NCBI GenBank assembly: GCA_003135595.1
Contig: PLCI01000051.1
Coordinates: 1,476-34,649 of the forward strand
Length of the DNA stretch: 33,174 nt
Direction: 5' to 3'
Source of the DNA: Acidimicrobiaceae bacterium
GTDB lineage: Bacteria > Actinomycetota > Acidimicrobiia > Acidimicrobiales > RAAP-2
Shown here: in pieces, positions 17,233-26,251 of the stretch
Layout of the letters: each line of letters opens with the position of its first letter
Position numbering within the stretch: the stretch's first letter is position 1
Translations under genes and position numbers: made by a program
Notes under the pieces: model-generated
What the model was told of the DNA's origin: nothing
The model's input: only the letters and a program-made list of their open reading frames with translations
Database searches by the model: none

Positions 17233-17382
17233 TCAGCGCACTCTCGGTACCCCGAGCGTCAACGCGTACGGGTCCATCGGTGACGGGATGAAGCTGAAGT
17301 GCTCGCAGAAGGCACGGGCGTCATCGTCCTACGCGAGCACGAGGACGAAGTGCACGCCCACCGACTCGCTCACCTCTGGTCG
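17233..17382 (-). pseudogene. Second GNAT-toxin 3' fragment, paralogous to 16170-16319, with in-frame TAG
   Basis: Translation is RPEVSESVGVHFVLVLA*DDDARAFCEHFSFIPSPMDPYALTLGVPRVR*. The TAG at 17329-17331 replaces the Lys of copy 1. My codon-by-codon hand alignment gives 108/150 identical nt and 29/49 identical aa with copy 1. Confidence 0.5.
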
Positions 17383-17429
17383 GTTCGAGATGGAGCCGGA
17401 GGTCGAGCAGTGGCTGGAATTCCAGGGTG

Positions 17430-18038
17430 TCACTTCCATAGGACTGACGGCGGACCTACGGTTGGATGATCGTAGGCAACGTGGCCGTCATACCTCGTAG
17501 GCCGAATGGCCCCCTTGAACGCGGGGTGCACCCTGTGGAGGGTGACCCATCGGCGCGAGACGTCGATTGAGACCCCAACGGAGGATCGCCTGCACACCCG
17601 GCTCTCGTGTAGCCACTCCGCTGCGGCAAGGACCGTGGCAACACCGAGCAACGCCGTCATCGCGATCCGCAAGAGAGATGATGCTTGCAGTGCCATTGCG
17701 GATGTCACGATCGCCAACACAATCGCACCCGCGGAAGCGCTTGTCCTGTACCTCCTGGCAGTGCGATTCTCGCAGAATGATTGCTCGCAGAGCGGCAGCT
17801 TTACCGTCAGACGTTCTCCTCGCGCGGAACCCGTCATCGAGAGTATGTAGGCGGCGATCCACCCGATTGGGCCGAGCACAAGCAGGAGCCAACGTATTCC
17901 GAGGCCGGACGCTCCGACTGGCTCGGTCTGAACGACGGTGTCCGCGGTTGCCTGTCCGTGCTTGATGCAGATTCGAGGGAGTCGTCCGAGGACCGCATCG
18001 TCGACGAACACCGTGACGTCATCCATGCGATCTCCCAT
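17430..18038 (-). CDS. Hypothetical membrane protein (two hydrophobic segments)
   Basis: ORF 17430..18116 begins with TTG. The first ATGs are at 18038 and 18026 (MGDRMDDVTVFVDD...). The composition is plausible for a protein but I recognise no motif. GC is lower than in the flanks. Confidence 0.5.
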   Translation of the reverse strand: MGDRMDDVTVFVDDAVLGRLPRICIKHGQATADTVVQTEPVGASGLGIRWLLLVLGPIGWIAAYILSMTGSARGERLTVKLPLCEQSFCENRTARRYRTSASAGAIVLAIVTSAMALQASSLLRIAMTALLGVATVLAAAEWLHESRVCRRSSVGVSIDVSRRWVTLHRVHPAFKGAIRPTRYDGHVAYDHPTVGPPSVLWK

Positions 18039-18185
18039 GCGTCGTCCGATCCTACCGAAATCGCGCCTCCATTGGCTCGCCAGGGTCACGTCGTAGCCGA
18101 GCTCGGGCTCGCCCAAGACTGGGTCATCTTGAGCAGTCTGGTGCGAGGGCTTCGTTAGTCACACAGGGGTGCTAGTGAGTGCTGC

Positions 18186-18614
18186 ATGGTTGACAACCCG
18201 CCCAGTGGATTCCCCGTCGTGACCCCCTACCTCCTTTACGAAGATCTCGATGCTGCGGTCGACTGGTTGATCCCGACCTTCGGGCTCACCGAGTCCGTGC
18301 GCATGCGAGGTGAGGACGGAAGCAGCACGCACGCCGAGCTCACCCGCGGCGCCGGCATCGTGATGATGGGACGCCCGGGGGGCGACTACCGCAACCCGGG
18401 CCACCTTGGCGGCGTGACATGCCTTGTGTACGTGTACGTCGACGACGTCGATGCACACCACGCGACGGCGAGGGCCGCGGGCGCCACGATCGAGCGAGAG
18501 CTTGCCGATCAGTTCTACGGCGACCGCACTTACGCCGCGCTTGACCCCGAAGGCCATTCGTGGACGTTCGCCCAGCACGTGCGCGACGTGCCGACCGAAG
18601 ACATGCACCCCTAG
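18186..18614 (+). CDS. VOC-family (glyoxalase/bleomycin-resistance, PhnB-like) protein
   Basis: 142 aa. VTPYLLYEDLDAAVDWLIPTFG ... FYGDRTYAALDPEGHSWTFAQ is typical of the PhnB/VOC fold. Confidence 0.85.
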   Translation: MVDNPPSGFPVVTPYLLYEDLDAAVDWLIPTFGLTESVRMRGEDGSSTHAELTRGAGIVMMGRPGGDYRNPGHLGGVTCLVYVYVDDVDAHHATARAAGATIERELADQFYGDRTYAALDPEGHSWTFAQHVRDVPTEDMHP

Positions 18615-18811
18615 CTGGTGCCGAGGGGAACTACGGAGGAAATCGAACATCGACCTGTTGGGTTGTGCCGTGTTTTCCTGCAGTCTTCCTCGAGCATGAC
18701 ACTTCCTCGTACTGCTCGCTCGATCGACGCGGTGAACGGATCGGGCCACTCGCTCAAGGGAATCGTTAGCCGGTTGCATTGGGGCCGCTGCACGTGGGCA
18801 AGAATGTCTCC

Positions 18812-19183
18812 ATGATCGACCACGTTTCAATTCAGTGCGCCAGTGTTGAAGTGAGCGCCGTCTTCTATGACGCCGTTCTCGCGCCGATCGGTGGATCGCG
18901 GGTGCTGGAATTCGAGCAGGTCATCGGCTTCGGCGTGCCGCCGGATCCAGACTTCTGGATCGGCCCACGGACAACCGGAGCAGGCTTTCGTGAGTCGCAC
19001 ATCGCGTTCTCCGCGTCAGATCGCGCGGCCGTGCGATCGTTCTTCGACGCTGCTGTCGCGACTGGCGCTGAAGTGCTGCACGAGCCTCGGATCTGGCCTG
19101 AGTATCACCCCAACTACTACGGCGCGTTCGTGCGCGACCCCGACGGCAACAATGTCGAGGCCGTCTGCCACGTACCCGAATAG
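18812..19183 (+). CDS. VOC-family (glyoxalase-like) protein
   Basis: ATG 18812 gives MIDHVSIQCASVEVSAVFYDAVL... and ...YYGAFVRDPDGNNVEAVCH, a classic VOC N-terminal strand and C-terminal motif. The 11 codons upstream in ORF 18779 are probably not translated. Confidence 0.85.
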   Translation: MIDHVSIQCASVEVSAVFYDAVLAPIGGSRVLEFEQVIGFGVPPDPDFWIGPRTTGAGFRESHIAFSASDRAAVRSFFDAAVATGAEVLHEPRIWPEYHPNYYGAFVRDPDGNNVEAVCHVPE

Positions 19184-19248
19184 CGCCGTCGCGCCCGTAG
19201 ACGAGCAAGCTGGCTTGGTGACGGTTGTACGAGAAGTGCGCGACGCAA

Positions 19249-21639
19249 CTACGGCGCGTCGACTCGCAGCTCGGTCTGCGCATGTGGTGGGACGGAGTGG
19301 CCAGTCCGATTCACTGGTGTCGAGTCGGCACCAAAGGTGCGAAGCATGAAGAACGTGAGCAACAGGGGCAGAGCCAGGACGTAGAGCGCGCCTTGCGTCA
19401 ACGCCTCGGGCTCGAAGAACGGCACACCGAGGACCGCCCCCGTGCTCGCGGATCGCTGTCCCGCATAGAACACGATCGCTGCAGCGAGCACAATCACGTA
19501 TCCGAAGTACGCAAAGACTCGGCTGGATCGAGGTGCGTACTTGCTTGCGTGGTTCGTCATCGAGTCACCGGACATCGTGACATCCCAGGCAACCGCGACC
19601 AAGACGACGACGGCAGCCCATCCGGCGATTCGGCTCTCGCTGAGCGCGTGATTGTAAAGCACGTCCATGAGGTCCAGGACGAGCACACCTCCGATGAGTC
19701 CGGTGATCGCAACCGGCACGCGTCCAGCCCACCGCTCGGCCCTGCGACAGGCAACTGCGAGGGCGACGAGCGACAAGACGCCGATCGCCATCAGCAGTCC
19801 CCCGACGGATGACATCGTCGGCCAATGGGTCCTCGGCCCGAATGCCACTCGCGCAATCGAGTCGCCAAAGTACAGAACACGGAACAGCGCGACCACGCCA
19901 AAGAGCAGCATTGCGGCTTGCACCCGAGCGCTGAGTCGTCGGCGATTCGCCGCGATGAGGCCGATCGCGATCAGGCTCGCCAGAATCCCGATACCGGCCG
20001 CCCAGGCTTGCACCCTGTCAGCGTTCACCTGGGCTGCGTCAGCTGTGGTGATGATGGCTGCGCCCACCGGCGTGTGAGCCGGCGGACTGCCGGCCGGGCG
20101 AAAACTGCGTACAACCGCCTCGAGTTGGCGCAAGCCACCGCTGGGCGTGGCGCCCTTGACCAGGTTGGCGTCCACTTCTCCGACGAAGACGACGACCGGC
20201 CCGGCACGGCCCCGAATGCGTTGCATCCAGATGGCCCCGCTGCTTCCTTGCGCCGTCCTGATGGGGAGCTTTGTAAAGGAGCCGTCGGTCTGCACATGTC
20301 CCGTCGGAATCACGTGCAACAGCGCGGCCTCCGCGGCGATCGAGAACGGCGTCGACTGTCGCTGCTCGACGACGTACATCTGCAGCAACCCGTCCTGCGG
20401 ATCGAAGTCAACGTAACTGTCGATGCCCTTGCTTGTTTTCACCTGCCAGCCAAGCGGCACGAGCACCGTGTAGCTCGACGATCCGGTAAGCGAGCGGACA
20501 TTGGCGGCAGCAGTGAAGTTTCCCTGACTCGAGATCGATGGACTTGGGCTCGCACTCAACGCACCCGTCACCGTTGCCACCAGTGGACCGATGATCCATG
20601 CCGTCGCCATGGCGACCACGAACAGACCGGAGAATCCGAGCGTCGCTGGCCAGCGAATACGCGACACGTGGAGCACCCGACCGAATGCAAACAGGATGAG
20701 CAGCCCCACAGAAAGCACGAGTAGCGCCTCACCCATGACCCCGAAGCGGTGCAGCGTCCCCGGCGAATGACTGAAGCGAAACCAGCCGGCCCCAATGAGC
20801 ACTGCGGATGCGACGGAGGGGACGAGCCACCTGCGACGACGCGTCGCCACCGACTCGGGCGCCGAGCGTGCAGATTCAGCAAACCGTCTCCCGGTGATCT
20901 CCCCCCACTCTCCAAAGTCGACCGCGGCAATCATGAGCATCGGAATCGACAACAGCGCCACGTCCACCATCACGAGTGCGACTGACTCGGGGAAGAGATT
21001 CAACCCAAATTGCGTCGGAGTCGCGAGCCAGAGGACGAAGAAGTACCCACCAAAGATCGAGCAATACGCTGCCAGCACGATGAGCCGCAGACCCCGGTCT
21101 CGATCGTCGTCACCGTCACGGCCCCGACGAAGCGCGATCGCGATGATCGCGACTAGCCAGATGGCACCCAGCAACAATCGGGTTGTCAGGTGCGCCCATC
21201 CGGGAACAAAGGCCCGCACTCCTCCGATTCCCAATGTTCCGGTCTGCCATCCCATCAGCACGGTCATCACCAATACCGACGCGAATGCCACCACCCGATG
21301 AGCGAGCACCGCACCCGTCATCAAGTATCCGAATCCCAGTGACAGCAGGATCAATGTGGCAACGAACAATGCTCCGCTCAACGTCGTGTTCACGCCGCTG
21401 TTCACGCCTGTTACGACACTCGACGTGCCGACGTCGCGAATCGCAATCAGCACGACCGCACCAAGCAGACTCGCGACGGCGCCAGCGGTCGCCAACCGCA
21501 AGGGCCGGTCCATTGTTGACACAACGAGCCGTCGCTCGTGAAAGGTCTTGAGAAGACCGTTCGCGCGGCCCTCGTCGAGCAAACCCTTGGGTGCTGCGAC
21601 TTCCCGTATGGGCAGTGCGGCCGACGGCGTGCTCACCAA
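19249..21639 (-). CDS. 796-aa polytopic membrane protein with a central ~200-aa soluble domain, function unknown
   Basis: Single long GC3-rich frame. Hydrophobic segments lie on both sides of a soluble segment (SPSISSQGNFTAAANVR ... VRSFRPAGSPP). 21639 is a TTG. Alternative starts are GTG 21636 and ATG 21513 (MDRPLRLATAG...). Confidence 0.75.
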   Translation of the reverse strand: MVSTPSAALPIREVAAPKGLLDEGRANGLLKTFHERRLVVSTMDRPLRLATAGAVASLLGAVVLIAIRDVGTSSVVTGVNSGVNTTLSGALFVATLILLSLGFGYLMTGAVLAHRVVAFASVLVMTVLMGWQTGTLGIGGVRAFVPGWAHLTTRLLLGAIWLVAIIAIALRRGRDGDDDRDRGLRLIVLAAYCSIFGGYFFVLWLATPTQFGLNLFPESVALVMVDVALLSIPMLMIAAVDFGEWGEITGRRFAESARSAPESVATRRRRWLVPSVASAVLIGAGWFRFSHSPGTLHRFGVMGEALLVLSVGLLILFAFGRVLHVSRIRWPATLGFSGLFVVAMATAWIIGPLVATVTGALSASPSPSISSQGNFTAAANVRSLTGSSSYTVLVPLGWQVKTSKGIDSYVDFDPQDGLLQMYVVEQRQSTPFSIAAEAALLHVIPTGHVQTDGSFTKLPIRTAQGSSGAIWMQRIRGRAGPVVVFVGEVDANLVKGATPSGGLRQLEAVVRSFRPAGSPPAHTPVGAAIITTADAAQVNADRVQAWAAGIGILASLIAIGLIAANRRRLSARVQAAMLLFGVVALFRVLYFGDSIARVAFGPRTHWPTMSSVGGLLMAIGVLSLVALAVACRRAERWAGRVPVAITGLIGGVLVLDLMDVLYNHALSESRIAGWAAVVVLVAVAWDVTMSGDSMTNHASKYAPRSSRVFAYFGYVIVLAAAIVFYAGQRSASTGAVLGVPFFEPEALTQGALYVLALPLLLTFFMLRTFGADSTPVNRTGHSVPPHAQTELRVDAP

Positions 21640-22107
21640 GACCCCGCTTGCGGTCCCATGGCGAACCGGATCGATCTAGCAGTTGCCGGAAGCCACCTCA
21701 GACGTTCGATTCGGACCTTTCACTTGGCCCACTGACCTGCTTCGATGCTGCACTCCCGAGAGATCGGTTCAAATGCAGCTCGATCGATCGCGTCACGATC
21801 AGCACTCTAGTGCACAATTAGTGGCAGAACACCGACAGCAACCAAGAAAACGTGAACGCGATTTGTCAACTATATCGCGGGCGACTGCACCTCAATTCAC
21901 TACAGACAACGGACAGTCTTGAATGTTCGACTAACCATATTCGGCATTCAGATCACAATCATGACGAACCGATTTCACCTGAAATAAGTCGGCTGATTCC
22001 GTCTGATCATGATCGGAAGGACATAGGATCGATCCCGACCTCGCAACGCCGATGCGAATCGCATTTGGCGACTCGAGTACGAACCAACCCAACGAAGGGC
22101 ACACCAG

Positions 22108-22488
22108 ATGCGCAAGCTCATTCCTATGATTGCCGCCCTCGCCATGGGCACACTCGCGGCCGGATGCGGCTCAAGCGGGACAACCCCAGCAACGACCTCT
22201 GCGGTTGTCTATGGAAACGCCTTCCAGCTCGCCGAAGCGATTCATGGCCTCTGCACTGCGTCGCACAACGACGCTGCGAAGACTGGAACGGTCACGTGTG
22301 GAGTCGACATTGCCAACCGTGTCGACCTTGCCGTGAAGATTCCGCCCGGGGCGTGGAAGTCCTACTTGATCAGCTACAGCGGTACGACGATCAACCCGGT
22401 TCAGAAGCTCGTTCGCAACGGTTATCTCTACCTGGCGTTCGTGGGCGCGGTCACCGACACAATCAAGAAGGTGACGTTCACGTCATAG
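22108..22488 (+). CDS. Small lipoprotein, function unknown
   Basis: ATG 22108 is preceded by GAAGGG. Lipobox LAAGC after MRKLIPMIAALAMGT. GC is noticeably lower than in the window flanks. Confidence 0.75.
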   Translation: MRKLIPMIAALAMGTLAAGCGSSGTTPATTSAVVYGNAFQLAEAIHGLCTASHNDAAKTGTVTCGVDIANRVDLAVKIPPGAWKSYLISYSGTTINPVQKLVRNGYLYLAFVGAVTDTIKKVTFTS

Positions 22489-22601
22489 CGTGCTCGGCGA
22501 GGCACGGGCCGCAAGACTCAGTTGCAGCATTCCCATCTCGCGTCGCGAAACAAGACTCTCTGGACGGGTTGGGCTCTGTTTTTCTTGCGTCCGAACTCGG
22601 A

Positions 22602-23354
22602 TTAGATATTTAGCTGCGCAGCCATCGCGAGCGCAAAGGCATTCGCGTCCTCGGCGCACACTGTGGCCACCACCACCTTCGTGGAGCATCCGAACGAGAA
22701 CAACGTCCCGCTGTCGCCAATCGCGAGGACTGTGTCCGTTCGATACGGCGCTGTGATGTACCAGGGTGGGTACTGGATCGACGTGTGCGCAGGGTCCTGA
22801 ATGAGGACGATGAGCCTGCGACCGTGCCGATCTCCCTTCAGATAGGTGACGCGCTCGCCCGGTGGTCGGGCCATGTCGCACGGAAGCCGGTGGGCCACGG
22901 CTGAGTGCGCCTTCCAGTAGGAAGAAAAGGAGCACATAGCTGCGTAGATGCAGTCGCCGCAGCCGGTAGCTTCAATGGCGATGTCCCCCGGATCCGCAGA
23001 GCTTCCTCGACTCGCCTGGAGGGCGATGGCCGATGCGCCCAACGCCCCGCCGTCACTGACGAGGCAGTTGTAGCCGAACGGAGCGACGAGGTTCACCCTG
23101 ATGTTGCTCAGGTTGAGCTCGAAGGTTCGGGTTGCACCGATGAGGCACGAGTCGTACGTGGGGTTCGATGAGGGGACTATCTCAATTGCCGTGCTTGCGC
23201 TCGCCCGACTCGCGGTCGTGATGGGCACACCGGGAGCTACGTACCAGCCAGCCCCGAAGCCCGCTGCAGTCACTGCAAGCAGGACCAGGGTGGCCACCAT
23301 GGGCCGCCGAGCTCGCGCACGAGGACTCAAGGAATCGGTCATGGTGGGAGGCAT
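22602..23354 (-). CDS. Membrane-anchored or secreted Cys-rich hypothetical protein
   Basis: ATG 23354 (alternative 23342). N-terminal RARARRPMVATLVLLAVTAAGFGAG anchor and 9 Cys in the external part. The ORF portion upstream of 23354 is unlikely to be coding. Confidence 0.6.
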   Translation of the reverse strand: MPPTMTDSLSPRARARRPMVATLVLLAVTAAGFGAGWYVAPGVPITTASRASASTAIEIVPSSNPTYDSCLIGATRTFELNLSNIRVNLVAPFGYNCLVSDGGALGASAIALQASRGSSADPGDIAIEATGCGDCIYAAMCSFSSYWKAHSAVAHRLPCDMARPPGERVTYLKGDRHGRRLIVLIQDPAHTSIQYPPWYITAPYRTDTVLAIGDSGTLFSFGCSTKVVVATVCAEDANAFALAMAAQLNI

Positions 23355-23472
23355 ACCACACAGCGTCCGCAGCGAGCAGCGCTGGATGTGAGCACTACGC
23401 GGTCGAGACTTACGGGAACGAAGCATCACGCCTGGGCGTGTTACGCAACGTGCGCGAGTCTCGCGAAGTCTT

Positions 23473-25911
23473 CTACTGGGATCGAGCTGAGTTCGTAAGC
23501 GGTCGCGAGAGCTCGTAGGCACTTCGGCCCATCCGAGGCTCTGTCTGCGCTTCGGCTTTGTTCCACCACTCGTCGAACTGTTGCACGGGCATTGGCTTCG
23601 CCCACAGGAAGCCTTGTGCGACGTCGCAGCCCAATTCGGCCACTGCCTTGCCCGCCTCAACGCTGCTCACACCTTCCGCCACAACTCGCAGACCCAGCGC
23701 GTGGCTCATCTCGACGATCGCTCGAACCACCGCCATTGAGTCCTCCGTGCCACCGAGTCGTTCGACGAACGATCGGTCGATCTTCACCGTGGTGGCCGGC
23801 AGCGAGTGGAGATAGGCGAGCGACGAGTACCCGGTGCCGAAGTCATCGATCGAAACGCGTAGTCCAAGCGCCTTGAACTCCTCAAGTGTCTTGCGCGTTT
23901 GTGCATGGTCCGCGACCACCGCGGACTCGGTGACCTCGATGCAGAATCGACCCGGGTCCAGACTGAATCGGTCCAGGGCACGCCTCACGATCCCTAGCGT
24001 CGCTTCGTCCTCCAATTGGATGGAGGAAAGGTTGATCGAGAGGACCTCCAGGCGTGGGCCATTCGCAGCGGCATCCCACTTGGCAAGCTGCTCAACCGCT
24101 TGCTCGATGACCCACTTGCCAATTGGTCGTATGAGCTTCGAGCTCTCTGCGATCGGGATGAAATCGAGAGGTGCAACCAGGCCCCGGTCAGGGTGGTGCC
24201 ATCGAATGAGGGCCTCAGCGCCAAACGGACGTCCACTCGAAGGGATCACCTTCGGCTGGTAGTAGAGCTCGAACTCATGTCGATCGAGCGCTCGGCGAAG
24301 GTCCCCCTCCATCGAGAGCCTTGCGACTGACCGATCTCGGAACCTCTGGTCGAACAAGGCGTAGCGGTTGCGGCCCTCCTCTTTCGCCTGATACATCGCG
24401 GCGTCCGCGTCCCTGAGAATTGTCGTGGGACTCGCTCGTGGCCCCGGGATGACGATGCCCACGCTCGCAGAAATTGTCAGCTCGGTCTCGCTCGTGACGA
24501 TCTTCGGCTCAAGTACCTTGAGCACTCGGTTCGCTGCATCGATGGCGTCTGCCTCGCCCTTGATGTTGCTCAGGATGAACGCGAACTCATCGCCGCTGAA
24601 TCGTGCGACGATCTCGTCGCGTCTCACCGTCAGCTGAAATCGACGGCCGATCTCGGTGAGCACATCGTCACCGACACTATGACCCAAGCTGTCATTGACG
24701 ACCTTGAATTCGTCTAGATCCAGAAAGAGAACCGCCAGAATCGACTCGCCGCGTTCATGTCGAGCCAACTCGATCCTTAGTCGGTCGAGAAACTGTGCTC
24801 GATTCGGCAGTCCCGTCAGCGAGTCGTGGTACGCCAAGAACTGCAGCTCTTTGGTGCGCTCCTGGAACGCGTGGATCGCTCGGGATCTGCCGGCGCCGAG
24901 AAGATAGAGGATCCCCCCAACCAGCACACTGATTAGCAACCCCCCGAGGAGCGCTGCGAGCGACACGCCGTCATTGAGGAGGTTTCCGCTGGGTGCACGC
25001 GTCCTCGTCACGACAGTCCAGCCGTCGCGCAAGCTCACGAGTCTGACCAGACCGTTGCTCGGCGCGCTTCCTCCTTGGAACTGCACGTTTCCAGTCGCGC
25101 CGTCATACCGAATTGCGACTTCTATGCCGGGGTGTCCGATCAGCGCCGCGGAGATGACGACGGAGGGATCAAGCAGCACTCCGATGTAGCCGATGAACTC
25201 GCGCTTCCGCTGCGAGATTGTTGCCGGGACGATGCCTCCGCGATAGAGCGGCACACTGACCGAGAGAAGGTCCAGGCCTAGGAACTTCACTGGGGCGATG
25301 TCCGTCCGTCCAGAGAACTGTGTGTTCTGAAGGATGACGCCAGGGATGGCTCGGCACACGTCGAGCCCTCGTGGCAGGTGCAGCGTTGAGTACCTCATCA
25401 GAAGATCTCTGGCGAGGCAGTAGTACGGCCGAGTGCCTGGCGGGACAATCGATAGCGACGAACCCGACTGTGTCATCGAGGGAATCGGGAAGCGAGCCCC
25501 GAAGCTGCTGAGCTCGGACCGCGGCACGAGCTGGATGACCCCGATGCCAAAGAGTTCGGGGTAGCGAGCCAGTGCGCCCACGTTGTGCGACCAGCGCATG
25601 AACTCAGGTTGCTGAGCATTTGGGGCGTCCAGCACGAAGGACTGAGCTGAAGCGACGAGGTCATCCTCGTGTTGCAAGGCGAGCTTCAGCGTCTCTCCGA
25701 TTTGGATGGAGAGAGCCGTCGATTGTCGCATCGAGGACGCGACACGCTGGCTTGAGATGGCCTGCGCAGTGGCGACGGACCCGATGCTGCCCGCGGCAAC
25801 GATGAGCGACGCCGTGGTCAGCCACGCCCGCGACCTCTTCGCGTCACGGCTTGAGTTCGAGAGGCGCGATCCGGAGAGTCGACTTACGAATCTCCTAACA
25901 CCGAAATTCAT
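23473..25911 (-). CDS. Membrane c-di-GMP turnover protein: CHASE-like periplasmic sensor - TM - GGDEF (SGDEF variant) - EAL
   Basis: Two TM segments flank a ~270-aa sensor with CHASE-like motifs (FMRWSHNVGALARYPELFGIGVI, PPGTRPYYCL). GGDEF domain (HDSLTGLPNR ... RFSGDEFAF). EAL domain (EALIRW ... DDFGTGYSSL ... KIDRSF). Confidence 0.9.
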   Translation of the reverse strand: MNFGVRRFVSRLSGSRLSNSSRDAKRSRAWLTTASLIVAAGSIGSVATAQAISSQRVASSMRQSTALSIQIGETLKLALQHEDDLVASAQSFVLDAPNAQQPEFMRWSHNVGALARYPELFGIGVIQLVPRSELSSFGARFPIPSMTQSGSSLSIVPPGTRPYYCLARDLLMRYSTLHLPRGLDVCRAIPGVILQNTQFSGRTDIAPVKFLGLDLLSVSVPLYRGGIVPATISQRKREFIGYIGVLLDPSVVISAALIGHPGIEVAIRYDGATGNVQFQGGSAPSNGLVRLVSLRDGWTVVTRTRAPSGNLLNDGVSLAALLGGLLISVLVGGILYLLGAGRSRAIHAFQERTKELQFLAYHDSLTGLPNRAQFLDRLRIELARHERGESILAVLFLDLDEFKVVNDSLGHSVGDDVLTEIGRRFQLTVRRDEIVARFSGDEFAFILSNIKGEADAIDAANRVLKVLEPKIVTSETELTISASVGIVIPGPRASPTTILRDADAAMYQAKEEGRNRYALFDQRFRDRSVARLSMEGDLRRALDRHEFELYYQPKVIPSSGRPFGAEALIRWHHPDRGLVAPLDFIPIAESSKLIRPIGKWVIEQAVEQLAKWDAAANGPRLEVLSINLSSIQLEDEATLGIVRRALDRFSLDPGRFCIEVTESAVVADHAQTRKTLEEFKALGLRVSIDDFGTGYSSLAYLHSLPATTVKIDRSFVERLGGTEDSMAVVRAIVEMSHALGLRVVAEGVSSVEAGKAVAELGCDVAQGFLWAKPMPVQQFDEWWNKAEAQTEPRMGRSAYELSRPLTNSARSQ

Positions 25912-25916
25912 GACGA

Positions 25917-25943
25917 TCGAGCCGACTCCGTTGGTCGGCTCGA
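25917..25943 (-). promoter_or_regulatory. 10-bp perfect stem / 7-nt loop hairpin ending 5 nt upstream of the GGDEF-EAL start codon (occupies the RBS position)
   Basis: TCGAGCCGAC tccgttg GTCGGCTCGA read directly. On the mRNA strand the only GGAG sits at the loop/stem junction, 14 nt from the AUG. Confidence 0.4.
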
Positions 25944-26251
25944 CGTCGTACTAGAGAGCCCTGCGCGGCTTCCGTCAGAGAAGCCAACAAGCCGTCCTTC
26001 TCGATATCCGTCGTTGCGCAGGACATTGTTGGGCACGATCGATGGTGTCCAATGGATCTCCACGCCAACACGCATCTCCGACAACTGACTGACAACTCAG
26101 CGAAGGTGTGTGGCGCTGACGCTGGGAACAGCCACGCGGCGTGTCGTGACGGCGGTCGCCTCGTTCCCAGCCAAGAATCGTCGGTGGCTCCAGGCTGGCT
26201 GCGGAACGGCACTACCTGCCCTTTTGCTTGGATCAGCCGGGGCGCTGGAGC

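Noticed and set aside
22026-22045. GGATCGATCCCGACC as a third, distal copy of the tRNA-derived att repeat, which would define a 14-kb island from 8.0 to 22.0 kb.
   Set aside because: Similarity to the tRNA T-arm is limited to GGATCGA plus a few C residues and needs a gap. It is indistinguishable from chance.
25981-26040. SigB/SigF-type promoter for the GGDEF-EAL gene (GGATAT on the minus strand near 26003-26010).
   Set aside because: The -10 match is poor (GGATAT versus GGGTAT) and no GTTT lies at 14-17 nt upstream. GATATC is itself palindromic, so it carries no strand information.
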